DNA from: a virus
Virus record (IMG/VR): IMGVR_UViG_3300033418_000001
Location: 32,001 to 96,000 of that record
Reading direction: 5' to 3' (one strand)
Length of the DNA: 64,000 nucleotides
The notes beneath the pieces were generated by a model. The model made no database searches. It was not told the origin of the DNA and worked only from the letters and a program-made list of their open reading frames with translations. A program made the position numbers and the translations under genes. Positions 35,519 through 44,896 of the stretch are shown one piece after another. Position 1 is the first letter of the stretch, and the number at the start of each line of letters is the position of its first letter.

Positions 35519-35937
35519 GTCGGTTCCTTCGGCAGTTCCGGCTCCACCTTGTCGAAGCCGAACGCCTCGTAGAGGTCGGGTTCCAGAACACACTTGCCCG
35601 TCTTCATGATCTGCGACCGCAACGGCTCCATGATGCTCTCCCAGAAGTGCGCCTCACGCTTGGCCACGCACCACCGGCCCGTGGGGAACACACCCGGGGC
35701 CACCTCCGGTTGCCACCGCTCCTTCTGGTACTTGGTGGCCTCGATCACCGTGATGCCGAGCGCCATGTTGCGGCGGCACTGCGGGCACGGCTCCAAGCTG
35801 ATGATGGACTTCCGTTCCGCCTTGCGGCCCTTGTTGTACCCGAGGAGGCCGATGGTGCCGTCCTCGCTGCCGCACCAGAAGCACAGCCCGAGGGTGGGGT
35901 TGACCCCCTCCGTGGGGTGGAGAGTGATCCTGCTCAT
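35515..35937 (-). CDS. Hypothetical Cys-containing phage protein
   Basis: GVNPTLGLCFWCG...EPCPQC...PTGRW. Confidence 0.6.
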   Translation of the reverse strand: MSRITLHPTEGVNPTLGLCFWCGSEDGTIGLLGYNKGRKAERKSIISLEPCPQCRRNMALGITVIEATKYQKERWQPEVAPGVFPTGRWCVAKREAHFWESIMEPLRSQIMKTGKCVLEPDLYEAFGFDKVEPELPKEPT

Positions 35938-36299
35938 CCGAACATCCTTGGCATCGTGAGAACGAGTCCGGTGTTGCGCTCGATGCAGGCGCGCAAGTCG
36001 GAGTTGAAGATGTCCTTGTCCGAGGCGACGGTCTTGCACGTGAAGCCACCCTTGCCCCGGCGAATCGAGAGGAAGTCCACGTCGTACAAGTCGCTGCCGT
36101 TCAGGCGGATGACGATCTTGTTGATGCGAGGCCGCGACAGGTTGGAGGGGATGGAGAACTGCAACCCCCCGGGGGACGTGTCATTGGCGCTCAGGGCATA
36201 GACCTCCCGCGCCCCGAGCATCAGCCGCAACACCCTCATGCCGCCCAACTGCGCGAGGATGACGTTGCCGACGAAGTTCTTACTGGTCAGGTCGTTCAC
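35934..36299 (-). CDS. Hypothetical phage protein
   Basis: ILAQLGG..MLGA...DLYDVDF...IERNTGL. Confidence 0.6.
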   Translation of the reverse strand: MNDLTSKNFVGNVILAQLGGMRVLRLMLGAREVYALSANDTSPGGLQFSIPSNLSRPRINKIVIRLNGSDLYDVDFLSIRRGKGGFTCKTVASDKDIFNSDLRACIERNTGLVLTMPRMFG

Positions 36300-36478
36300 G
36301 CTGCCACCTTGCCGAGGAAGACGCGGACGTACCACTCGCCGAACCCGAGGGAGTAGACGCGCTCGCGGTTCGCGGCCCGCTTGAGGACGCTCGCCTTGTA
36401 GGCAGCGTAGTAGTCAACGAGCTTCGCGTCGGCGACCTCGTAGACCGGGAGGGGCGGGAACTTGAGGGCTTCGGCCAT
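36296..36478 (-). CDS. Hypothetical protein
   Basis: CAAAGGAGTG RBS and promoter upstream. Confidence 0.55.
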   Translation of the reverse strand: MAEALKFPPLPVYEVADAKLVDYYAAYKASVLKRAANRERVYSLGFGEWYVRVFLGKVAA

Positions 36479-36515
36479 GACGCACTCCTTTGCGGTGGGG
36501 AAGGACTACAGCCCC

Positions 36516-36544
36516 ATGATGCCCTACTCATGATGCAATGTCAA
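36516..36544 (-). promoter_or_regulatory. sigma70-type promoter
   Basis: TTGACA-N17-CATCAT. Confidence 0.55.
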
Positions 36545-36748
36545 TGGGGAACAAGCTGCCCGCCCTCGGCAGCGAAGTAGTCCAGTACCTCTGCCGCAAC
36601 ACAGGGCGGCATGTGCTGCTGCACCGGGGCACCATCCCACCACATGGTGTGCAGCCAGTCGCGGGCCTCTCGATCCAAGGGGACCAAGACCACCATGTGA
36701 TTGGACGGCTGATGCAGGGACATTCTCATGGGGGGATGATAGCCGAGC

Positions 36749-36764
36749 GTGCAGACATCTGCAC
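36749..36764. repeat. 16-bp palindrome copy 13 (intergenic)
   Basis: GTGCAGACATCTGCAC. Confidence 0.95.
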
Positions 36765-36779
36765 ACCCGGCTCAGGAGG

Positions 36780-37310
36780 TTAGCCCAACACCTTGAGGTA
36801 GTACCGGCGCTTCTTCTCAAGCTTGGCCAGTGCCGTCTTGGCGCGCTTGGCTTTGGTCTCCCACCGCTTGATCCCGGCCTCCACCAAGGCGAGCTTGCGT
36901 TGCCGTGGGTCCGCCACCGGGGCGGGCTTCTTCTCCGGTGCCTTCAGCTTGCCCGCGAGCCACCCCCGCTTCAGGGCTTCCTTGGTGAGCTTGATTTCCC
37001 ACCGGGCATGGTGCTTGGAGTGGGGCCGCTCGCCGGGGTTGGCGGCATACCAGAAGTAGTGGCTGAGTTCGTGGATCAGGTTCTTCCACCCGCGACTCGG
37101 GTTCACCGTCAGCACGCCGTTGCGGTACCAGTTGTAGCGGTTCCCCGTGCCGATGTGCACCTTGCCCGTGTAGGTCTCGCCCATGGCGTAGCGCCACAGG
37201 CGCCGTGCTGCCCGCTCCGCTTCGTGGGCCGTGAGGGGTGGCAGGGGATTGGGCCACAGAGGCGCGACCGGCTTGTGGATGTCGATGGGATCGTACTGTT
37301 TGACTGCCAT
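36780..37310 (-). CDS. Zincin-like (HExxH) protein
   Basis: LIHELSHY...PHSKHH. Confidence 0.6.
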   Translation of the reverse strand: MAVKQYDPIDIHKPVAPLWPNPLPPLTAHEAERAARRLWRYAMGETYTGKVHIGTGNRYNWYRNGVLTVNPSRGWKNLIHELSHYFWYAANPGERPHSKHHARWEIKLTKEALKRGWLAGKLKAPEKKPAPVADPRQRKLALVEAGIKRWETKAKRAKTALAKLEKKRRYYLKVLG

Positions 37311-37354
37311 GCTGCACTCCTTTGCTGTGTCACCGGGACCGCCCCGGCAGGGTC

Positions 37355-37383
37355 ATTATAACACAGCGTCAGGAGACTGTCAA
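37355..37383 (-). promoter_or_regulatory. Consensus sigma70 promoter
   Basis: TTGACA-N17-TATAAT. Confidence 0.85.
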
Positions 37384-39290
37384 GCGGCCTCTGATGCGTC
37401 CTCGGTCTCTCCGGTCTTCAACTTGTCCGGTTTCTTGATGGCTTCCTTGATCGAGTCGGGCACCATGATGAGCGGGATGTTGAAGCTGCCCCACACCTCG
37501 CGGCGCATGGTGAGACCGAACACCACCCCGGCCAGTGAGTCGGCGATGTCCTTGCTGCCCGTGGGCAAGTGGTCCACCTTGAACTTCTTGTTGAGAGTGT
37601 TCAGCACGAACTGCAACTCGCGCAGTTCCTTGAGCAGCTTCGGGTTCTGCGGTATGTCCACCCGCTTGTCGTAGATCGCCGCCTTCAGGAAGTCGTAGGG
37701 CGTGGTCTCCTTGTCCATGGAGGTCAGGCCCACCGAGTAGCCCTTCTGCCGCAGCAGTTGGATCGAGTCCACCGACTGGAAGGCGTCGAAGGTGACCCAC
37801 CGCAGGTTGAGGCCCAACGCCCGCACCATGTAGAGCAGGCGCCGCAGCTTGTAGAACAGAATCTCGCCGTTGCGCGGGGGCACCACCTCCAACGCCCCGT
37901 CGATGTAGATGTGGGGGAGCAGTTCCGAGATGCCGCCACCCCGGTCCATGGTCATGAAGCGGTCCACGTGCCCGATGGTGACCCCGGCGCTGTCTCCGCT
38001 CACCGCCAAGTCGATGTGGCAGAAGCGCGGCATCTCGGGGTTGATGAACGCATCGGGGATGATCTTCAATTCGCGCCGGTCGAAGTCGGTGTCGTCCCGG
38101 CTGAAGATCGACTTCCGCTTGATGAACACGCGGTTGATGGCCGCAGGGTCGGGGATGAAGGGCGACTTGGTGAGGTTGGACACGCCCGCGAGTTCGCGCA
38201 GCGCGTTGGTGGTGTCCTTCTCAAAGTCAACGCGGAAGTCCTCGGGGATGTGATCCACCAAGTGCTGATCTTCCGGCTCCACCTTCTCGCCCTCCTCAAG
38301 GATGCGCGGCTTGCGGAAGTCGTCGCCGATGAACACTCGGAACTTGCGCGTGCTGAACGCCTCGGGCTTGATGTCCCACACCCGCTTGTTGTAGACAAAG
38401 ATGGTCGGGTCTTTTTTCGCCTCTTCCTCTTTGATGTCGGTGAACTGCCCGGGGTACCGCTTAGACGAGACGAGGCACAGAATCCCCGGCATCTTGCCGC
38501 CGCTCAGGAAGCGAGACTTGCGGCGACGGGCGATGGAGTTGTAGACCTCGATGGCTTGGTTGTACGTGCCCGCGTCCACCGAGCGCGATGACTTCTCGAT
38601 CACCGCCATGTAGTTCAACTCGTCAATCAGCCCGCCGATCACGTTCTGCCCGATGGTGGCCATGGACGAACCGCTCACCGGCTTGACGATGATGCGGTTG
38701 GGGAAGTGCATCTCGCTGTCGAGTGAGTCATCGAAGGCGAAGTGCTGTTGGAAGTAGGGACTGCCCGCGATCATGGCCTTGAAGCGGGGGTAGTCCACCG
38801 TGCGCGCAAGCTTCTCGGTGATGTTCTGGAAGACGATGATCAACTCGTCGTTGACCGAGATGCCGTACAGCGCATGGGGGCTGCGCGTGATGGAGAGCAG
38901 GTACAACTGATACGCCGTGGTCCACAGCGCGACGGTGGTCTTCGCGGAGCCGATGCCCCCGGTGAACACCGCCTCAACGTACTTGCCACTGTTGCATTCG
39001 ACCACCTCGGGCAGCACCAAGTCGTACACCTGACCATGCAGGTTGAGGTAGTACGGGTCGAGCAGGAAGGTCTCCACGTCCACCGGGGGCACGCGGTAGG
39101 GCGACGCGGCGAACTGCAAATCACGCCCGGTGGCCTTGCCGATGTTGAGGAGCAAGCCTCGGAAGTATTCCTGCTGCTCGTCCTCTTCTTCCAACTCAAG
39201 GCCGATGGAGTACAACTCCTTGGCCGTGTCGTCGCCAAAGGCCACCCGCAGGAAGAGCAGGAAGTCCTCAGTGCTTACGGCTTGGCTCAT
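37380..39290 (-). CDS. terL: Terminase large subunit
   Basis: GGIGSAKT (Walker A), GLIDE (Walker B), LVSS, HIDLAVSGD, TFDAFQS, KVDH..TGSKDIADSLAG nuclease. Confidence 0.85.
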   Translation of the reverse strand: MSQAVSTEDFLLFLRVAFGDDTAKELYSIGLELEEEDEQQEYFRGLLLNIGKATGRDLQFAASPYRVPPVDVETFLLDPYYLNLHGQVYDLVLPEVVECNSGKYVEAVFTGGIGSAKTTVALWTTAYQLYLLSITRSPHALYGISVNDELIIVFQNITEKLARTVDYPRFKAMIAGSPYFQQHFAFDDSLDSEMHFPNRIIVKPVSGSSMATIGQNVIGGLIDELNYMAVIEKSSRSVDAGTYNQAIEVYNSIARRRKSRFLSGGKMPGILCLVSSKRYPGQFTDIKEEEAKKDPTIFVYNKRVWDIKPEAFSTRKFRVFIGDDFRKPRILEEGEKVEPEDQHLVDHIPEDFRVDFEKDTTNALRELAGVSNLTKSPFIPDPAAINRVFIKRKSIFSRDDTDFDRRELKIIPDAFINPEMPRFCHIDLAVSGDSAGVTIGHVDRFMTMDRGGGISELLPHIYIDGALEVVPPRNGEILFYKLRRLLYMVRALGLNLRWVTFDAFQSVDSIQLLRQKGYSVGLTSMDKETTPYDFLKAAIYDKRVDIPQNPKLLKELRELQFVLNTLNKKFKVDHLPTGSKDIADSLAGVVFGLTMRREVWGSFNIPLIMVPDSIKEAIKKPDKLKTGETEDASEAA

Positions 39291-39960
39291 CGCTCGCTTC
39301 GGCAGTGAACTTGCCCTCGATGATGGAGAACGCCCGGTTCAAGGCAGCGTCCACGCGGTTCGACTTGTTCATGGCCTCCTGCAAACGCTGCTGCGTGCGC
39401 GAGGCCAAGCCCTCGATCTGAAGCTTCTGCGGCACCTTGCGGAGCAGGCCGAGGTCCATCTGAAGGTCGGCGAGCTTGGTGTACAGGTTGCCGAGCAGTT
39501 CCACCTCGTAGCGCGTCTTGCGATCCAAGATGCCGGGGTGCAGGGTGTTCTCGGCGTGGATGGCCTTGGTCACCCGAGTCTGCTGCAACTCCACAAGCTT
39601 GGTCAGGTTCTCCAACACGTCCACCTTATCGGCGAACTCGGACAGGCGCGGCGCGGTGGGGTCCGCCATCAGGACCAGTTTGCCGATGAGGCAGTCCTTC
39701 TTGTAGCGCCCGAGCGTCTTGGCGATGGCGTTCATGGTGCTGCCGGTGAGCAGCTTCCAATCCAACTTGATCGTTCTGGCGATGGCTTCGCACGTCTCTC
39801 CGTTGAGGAGGCGGCTGTCCACCATGGCCATGCGCTCAGGGCCGAGCGTCTTCGTCAGGAGTGTGTGCGCGGGCTTCTTGGCCGTCCCACGGGTATGGGG
39901 AGGCTTCGTCTTCGCCTTTGCAGATGTCTGCACGGTCTTCGTGTGTACGCGCACCACCAT
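39268..39960 (-). CDS. Putative terminase small subunit
   Basis: Immediately upstream of terL; N-terminal HTH-like region plus helical oligomerisation region. Confidence 0.55.
   Translation of the reverse strand: MVVRVHTKTVQTSAKAKTKPPHTRGTAKKPAHTLLTKTLGPERMAMVDSRLLNGETCEAIARTIKLDWKLLTGSTMNAIAKTLGRYKKDCLIGKLVLMADPTAPRLSEFADKVDVLENLTKLVELQQTRVTKAIHAENTLHPGILDRKTRYEVELLGNLYTKLADLQMDLGLLRKVPQKLQIEGLASRTQQRLQEAMNKSNRVDAALNRAFSIIEGKFTAEASDEPSRKH
39918..39933. repeat. 16-bp palindrome copy 14 (coding N-terminal tail, VQTSA)
   Basis: TTGCAGATGTCTGCAC. Confidence 0.95.
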
Positions 39961-40036
39961 GTGCTGCTCCTGTCGGGCCAGTATAACAAGAGGGGGAGGC
40001 TGTCACACCTCCCCCTCGGGCCGCATGGTGGCCGGA

Positions 40037-40327
40037 TCAGATGCCGTTGCCGGGGAGCAGGCTTGCCTTCACTGCCCTCTTGACCCCCGCCACCTTCACC
40101 GTCTTGACGACCTTCTTGGGCGGTCCCGGCTTCACGGTCGGGGTCTCGTCCACGATCTTGAAGTCGCCTGCGTGCACGGCCTCCAACAGAGCCTTCAGCC
40201 CCTTGTCGCGCATCGCCACCGACGTGTAGCTCTCGGCGCCATCGGCGATGACCTTGCCGTTGCGCGACCGGATGCTCCACCGATGCCCCTTCTTCTTGTC
40301 CACGTACTTCACGATCTTCAGTGCCAT
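40037..40327 (-). CDS. YegP/DUF1508-like protein
   Basis: DKKKGHRWSIRSRNGKVIADGAESY. Confidence 0.7.
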   Translation of the reverse strand: MALKIVKYVDKKKGHRWSIRSRNGKVIADGAESYTSVAMRDKGLKALLEAVHAGDFKIVDETPTVKPGPPKKVVKTVKVAGVKRAVKASLLPGNGI

Positions 40328-40648
40328 GACTTCCACTCCTTTGAGGAACTACGAACGAGTGGGCCACACCATGTACGCTGCCGCCAACCACACTGCGGCA
40401 GTACCCGGCTTCTCCCACGCCACAAACAGCGCCGCCCCACCAAGCAACGACGCGACAAACACCTGAAGGAGGATGACCCTCTTCATCGGTAGTGCGTCAC
40501 CGTGACATCGCTCCACGGAACCATCTTCTTCTCCAAATGCCGCGCCTCGCGGTCGGAGTCCTTCGCCATCTTGCACATGGCAAAGATGAAAAGGTAGGCG
40601 AGGCCCACCCCGATGGCCACCAGTACCCACATGCCTGCGCTCATCCCG

Positions 40649-40831
40649 TCACTCCTCGTTGAAGACCTTCTCTTCGATTTGCTTGAGGATGGTCATCTGC
40701 TTGTCCGTGAGAACGGTACGCTCCTTCACCGACTCCAAGAACTCGCGCTCCCACGACGTGACGCCGTACTGGGAAGCCACCCCTTCGATTTCCGCCTCGA
40801 TCTTTTCCACCCGCTGCCTGACAGTCGCCAT
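40649..40831 (-). CDS. Hypothetical protein
   Basis: TSWEREFLESV...LTDKQ...IEEK. Confidence 0.55.
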   Translation of the reverse strand: MATVRQRVEKIEAEIEGVASQYGVTSWEREFLESVKERTVLTDKQMTILKQIEEKVFNEE

Positions 40832-40842
40832 CGTACCATCTC

Positions 40843-41262
40843 CTATGTCTGAAGTCCCATGGCCTGCTTGAGGGACTGTTGGAGAGCGAAGAAGGCTTGG
40901 CTGAACTTCTGATCGAACGCCATGGCGATGGCATCGGTGATGCCCCGGCCCATACGCTCCTTGATCACCGCCTCGATGACCGCTTGGTTCTGCGGCTCCT
41001 TGGCCCACTCGGTGACGACCTTGTGCGCCGTCTTCTCGATCAGCGGGGTGAGGATTTCCTGAATCAGCGGGGGCGCCTGCTTGGTGCCGCCCCCGTAGCG
41101 GTTGTCGTCGCGGACGGTGCGGACCTTGAACAGGATGTCGTTGACCGATGCCTCCACGATCTTCTTCAGATCGTCGTCGGACATCAGTTCGCCCATGGAG
41201 TCGCGGATGCGATCCTTGAGCTTCTGTTCGAACGTCTGGGGGATTGCAACTTCGTTGCTCAT
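40843..41262 (-). CDS. Hypothetical helical protein
   Basis: AAAGGAGTG RBS; start MSNEV. Confidence 0.6.
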   Translation of the reverse strand: MSNEVAIPQTFEQKLKDRIRDSMGELMSDDDLKKIVEASVNDILFKVRTVRDDNRYGGGTKQAPPLIQEILTPLIEKTAHKVVTEWAKEPQNQAVIEAVIKERMGRGITDAIAMAFDQKFSQAFFALQQSLKQAMGLQT

Positions 41263-41341
41263 GCTCACTCCTTTGAGGGGGAGGCGGCGGGACCGAAGCC
41301 CCGCCACCTGTACCACGGTACTGCGCGCAGCGAGTGCCCGG

Positions 41342-41818
41342 TTAGACCGGCTCGCCGAAGTTGATGACGCCGCCGACAGCGGTACCGGCGATGACTTCGA
41401 CCGTGCCGAGCAGCACGACCGGAACCACGCCCGCGCCCAGATCGGCGTCGGCAGTGCAGGTCACTTGGCCGGAGCCGAGCGGACCCACGGCGGCGACCGT
41501 GGCGCTGCCGTCACCGTTGTCGGTGACCGCGAGCAGGTCGGGACGGTCGGTGCCCCAAACCGGGACGCCTTCCACTTGGGCCGGATTTCCCTTCGCGTCA
41601 ACGAAGGAAGCGGTCGCGGCTACGCTCTTGTCGTCAGGCAGTTGCATGTTGAAGTCTCCTTGGAAGCGGACGCTAAACGTACCGAGGGAGAGCGTCCAAA
41701 CTCCCTTCGGCGGTACAGGCTTCGGAGGGGCATCGTCCTCCTCACAGCACCCACAGAAGACGAGGCAGAACAGCTTCCTCGCCCACCGGGCATACGACCC
41801 TGCTACTTTGATGGCCAT
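41342..41818 (-). CDS. Ig-like domain protein
   Basis: DAKGNPA...PVWGT...LAVTDNGDGSATVAAVGPLG...VTCTAD; start uncertain. Confidence 0.55.
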   Translation of the reverse strand: MAIKVAGSYARWARKLFCLVFCGCCEEDDAPPKPVPPKGVWTLSLGTFSVRFQGDFNMQLPDDKSVAATASFVDAKGNPAQVEGVPVWGTDRPDLLAVTDNGDGSATVAAVGPLGSGQVTCTADADLGAGVVPVVLLGTVEVIAGTAVGGVINFGEPV

Positions 41819-41968
41819 CAACCACCCTCCTTCACAAACTGGTGCCACTGCGCCACGTGGTGTTGGGCCTTCAGGTGATTCTGCTCCCCAAGCAGGCCCG
41901 CCCACGCCATCGCAAGCCATGACCGCTTGAGATGGAAGAAGACGGGAGCCTCCCGCCGGAAAGGTTGT

Positions 41969-42226
41969 CTACCTCGGGGCTTGGTTGGCATCGACCGGCA
42001 CCCCGTCAACGAACGTCTTGGTCTTGGGACCAACCATGGTGTGGCGGATGAAGCGCACGTGCCCGCAGTCCTTGGTGTCGATGATCTGCACCTTCTTCAG
42101 GGCTTCCGTGCACGTCAACACCGCCGCCTCCTCACTGTCCGCCACCACCCCGATCACCTCCGCGAAGGTGGCGTCGCCATCATTCACCTCATGCAGCAGG
42201 TGGACCTGCCAGTACCGCACACTCAT
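41969..42226 (-). CDS. Hypothetical protein
   Basis: GAGGA RBS; upstream TAAGGT-N14-TACACT. Confidence 0.5.
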   Translation of the reverse strand: MSVRYWQVHLLHEVNDGDATFAEVIGVVADSEEAAVLTCTEALKKVQIIDTKDCGHVRFIRHTMVGPKTKTFVDGVPVDANQAPR

Positions 42227-42270
42227 GGTCTATCCTCGATGGGTTGAAGTGTAATGCACAGGGTGCCACC

Positions 42271-42816
42271 TTACGTGACTTTTTCGTGATCCCGCTTCCA
42301 CCACTTCTCAGCGGCCTTCAGTTCCGCCGCCACGTGGAGCTTGATCTTCTCGGTGGCCGAGAGATGGCCCGCGCGACTGTTGCACACCTTGTGCGCGAGG
42401 AACAAGTTGGAGATGTGCGACGGCCCGCCATGGCCATGGGGCACCAGATGCTCCAACGACGCCGCCTCCTCGGTCACGTGCAAGCGGCAGAAGAAGCAGA
42501 GGTCACCATCCCGCTCGCGCACCGTGCGGATCACGGGCGATGCCTTCTTCGGTCGCGGTTGCTTGGTGCCGTTGACGGTGGGCAGCGCGGGCTTCCATGC
42601 GTGCTGATTGACGTAGGCACCCCACGCCTTCTCGGACTCCTGCGTGAAGGTCACGTGGCCCTTGGCGTTGCGATAGACGATGCTCGTCTTGCTGCCCGTG
42701 CGGAAGCGCAGCAGTTCCCACTCGTTGGTGGTCTGCAACACTTCGGCGCCCGCTGCCTTGAGGAAGGAGAGGAAACCGGGGAGCTTCTTGGAGAACGTGA
42801 CGACGTTGGTGAACAC
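42271..42816 (-). CDS. HNH endonuclease
   Basis: RDGDLCFFC...SLEHLVP..HGG..HISNLFLAH..CN. Confidence 0.85.
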   Translation of the reverse strand: MFTNVVTFSKKLPGFLSFLKAAGAEVLQTTNEWELLRFRTGSKTSIVYRNAKGHVTFTQESEKAWGAYVNQHAWKPALPTVNGTKQPRPKKASPVIRTVRERDGDLCFFCRLHVTEEAASLEHLVPHGHGGPSHISNLFLAHKVCNSRAGHLSATEKIKLHVAAELKAAEKWWKRDHEKVT

Positions 42817-42838
42817 AACCCACTCCTTTGTTGGTCGC

Positions 42839-42866
42839 ACTCTACCACGATGGGGGAGAACGTCAA
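42839..42866 (-). promoter_or_regulatory. sigma70-type promoter
   Basis: TTGACG-N16-TAGAGT followed by CAAAGGAGTG. Confidence 0.55.
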
Positions 42867-42874
42867 GAGGCGTA

Positions 42875-42905
42875 CAAAAAAAGGGGGAGTGATCAGCCCC
42901 CCTCC
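42875..42905 (-). terminator. Rho-independent terminator
   Basis: GGAGGGGGGCTGATCACTCCCCCTTTTTTT on minus strand. Confidence 0.75.
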
Positions 42906-42926
42906 CTGCTACGACCGCAAGAAGAC

Positions 42927-43382
42927 CTACGGCAGCGTCTTGGTGCCTGCCTTGAAGCGCGGGTTCATCGGCGTGACCGGCTTCGGCTGCGCTACGGATT
43001 CGAACACGAACGGGGGCGAGCTACGCACGCTGTCCACGTTGTTGAGGACGGACGACACCTCCACCCAGTAAGTGCCCACCGGGTAGGACGCCGTGAACTG
43101 GCAGGCCACCGTGCCCGGGGGGTTCGATGGGTCAGCAGTCGGGCCGGGGACCACCGCTACCCGCAGCAGGTACACCGCAGGGACAGTCGGCGGTCCCGAG
43201 GTGGCCCGGTACAGCGTGCAGTGCGTGGGCTGCGCCACCGGGGCGCCCATGCCGTCCACCAACGGGAAGGCGTCGGTGATGATCGTGCACACCGAGGGAG
43301 ATGCACAGATGTACTTGGTCTGCGCGTGCGCCATGGGCAGGGTGACCCACAGCATGACCATCAGGAGGAACAGTCGCTTCAT
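42927..43382 (-). CDS. Exported beta-sandwich protein (paralog of 49843..50277)
   Basis: Signal peptide ending AHA; CTII.D, PTHCTLYR, GTY. Confidence 0.65.
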   Translation of the reverse strand: MKRLFLLMVMLWVTLPMAHAQTKYICASPSVCTIITDAFPLVDGMGAPVAQPTHCTLYRATSGPPTVPAVYLLRVAVVPGPTADPSNPPGTVACQFTASYPVGTYWVEVSSVLNNVDSVRSSPPFVFESVAQPKPVTPMNPRFKAGTKTLP

Positions 43383-43560
43383 GGCTTCGTCTCTTCAGTG
43401 GTGGGAGCCTTGTCCTTCTTCAGGGACCGCAGCATCTTCTTGATCGACTCCCACAGGTTGCGGGCCTCTACCGGGTTGCGGCCTGCCCAGAAGCAGAACA
43501 ACCCGAAGAGGATGTGTGAAACCGTGATGGCGAGGATGCCGGTGAAGGTCATGGTGGCCC

Positions 43561-44319
43561 TCAGCAGTTGGCCGCGCCGCCTGCACCGCCGCTGCTCGAT
43601 CCGCCGCTGCCGCCCGTAGTGGTGCCTGCCCCACCGGACCCTGCGGAGACGTTGCCCGCGTTGCCGCCCGTGCACTCACGGCGCACGTTGTAGGAGTCGG
43701 TCACCGTCGTGGTGGTGAAGGAGCCGTTGCCGATCACGCCGTTGCCGCCGATGGTCATGTTGGGCTGCGGGGCTTGGATGTAGCTGCCAAGCTGCGCGTT
43801 GGAGTTGAAGCCCGCGATGCCAAGGTTGGACATGCCCGTGATGCCGCTCTGCGCGATGCCCGTGAAGGCGTTGTACGACGCGATGGTGGTGTCCGCGTTG
43901 TTGTTGCTCTGCGTGACGCCGAGGCGGTACCCGAAGTAGCCCGCTGCGATGTTGGTGATCGGCCCCGCGAACAGCGCCGCCCACTTGTAGGCGCGATCCG
44001 CATCGGACTCGGGCGGTACCGGCACCGGGGCTGCGGTGATGGGCATGGCGGGGATCGAGCGCCCACCCATGGCGAGCGCCATCACGGCGAGCGACCGGGT
44101 GTTGGGGTCTCCGGTCTCGGCGATCTTCTGCAACGCGAGGAAGCGCGACTCCTCGGCCCGGGCCTGCTCCTTGAAGGCTTCGACCTTGGCCCGCTCCACG
44201 GAGGCATACGCCTCGATCTGCGCCGCGTAGTTGGCGTTGACGGTGTTCGTCGCGCACCCCGTCATGGTGACGGAGAACGCCACCAACACGATGGCGCTGA
44301 TCAGCTTACTTGGTTGCAT
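43561..44319 (-). CDS. Lipoprotein with Gly-rich C-terminus
   Basis: Lipobox MTGC; coiled coil; GGS/GGA tail. Confidence 0.65.
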   Translation of the reverse strand: MQPSKLISAIVLVAFSVTMTGCATNTVNANYAAQIEAYASVERAKVEAFKEQARAEESRFLALQKIAETGDPNTRSLAVMALAMGGRSIPAMPITAAPVPVPPESDADRAYKWAALFAGPITNIAAGYFGYRLGVTQSNNNADTTIASYNAFTGIAQSGITGMSNLGIAGFNSNAQLGSYIQAPQPNMTIGGNGVIGNGSFTTTTVTDSYNVRRECTGGNAGNVSAGSGGAGTTTGGSGGSSSGGAGGAANC

Positions 44320-44587
44320 TCTTCTCTCCCAACAGACGTTGCCGCAACTTGATGGTCTCGATCAACTCGGCCTTGCCGTCCGCGCAGTCGCGGTACTTGA
44401 AGCCTTGGACCACCGCCCACCGCTCTACCTCATTGTGGCTTCCGCTCTTCAGTTGCTCCGGCTCCTCGCACGGGTACAACTTGGCTTGGCTGATCGGAGG
44501 CAGGTCCGACTCCCCAAGCTGCATTGATGACGCGCACCCGGCTAGGGTCAAGCCAACACTGAGCAGGGTCAGGAAGAGTTTGAGCAT
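44306..44587 (-). CDS. o-spanin (Rz1-like lipoprotein)
   Basis: Lipobox LAGC, Pro/Cys-containing, overlaps i-spanin out of frame. Confidence 0.7.
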   Translation of the reverse strand: MLKLFLTLLSVGLTLAGCASSMQLGESDLPPISQAKLYPCEEPEQLKSGSHNEVERWAVVQGFKYRDCADGKAELIETIKLRQRLLGEKNATK

Positions 44588-44849
44588 GTTGGGTCACCTC
44601 GGTCATGATGGCGGGCTTCTGCGCGTCGCGCTTGGTCTTGCGCTCCACGTACTTGATGACGACCTTTTCGACTTCGCGCTCGTAGACCTTGCGGAGTTCC
44701 GTTGCCGCCATCATGCGTTCCGCCTGTGCCGCGAGGTGCTTGTTGCCCTCGTAGGCCATGCCCTTCATGAAGGAGAGGCCACACGCCGCTGCGAAGGCGA
44801 GGGCCGCGATGATCCAAACGCCGAACGGGCCGAGAATGGGCGAGAACAT
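44430..44849 (-). CDS. i-spanin (Rz-like)
   Basis: N-terminal TM helix, coiled coil, C-terminal Cys; overlapped by lipoprotein gene. Confidence 0.7.
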   Translation of the reverse strand: MFSPILGPFGVWIIAALAFAAACGLSFMKGMAYEGNKHLAAQAERMMAATELRKVYEREVEKVVIKYVERKTKRDAQKPAIMTEVTQHAQTLPDPAQCWLDPSRVRVINAAWGVGPASDQPSQVVPVRGAGATEERKPQ

Positions 44850-44896
44850 GGAGCGAGCCTCCTGAGAAGCCCCATCTTAGCGGGAAGCGCCCCCTC

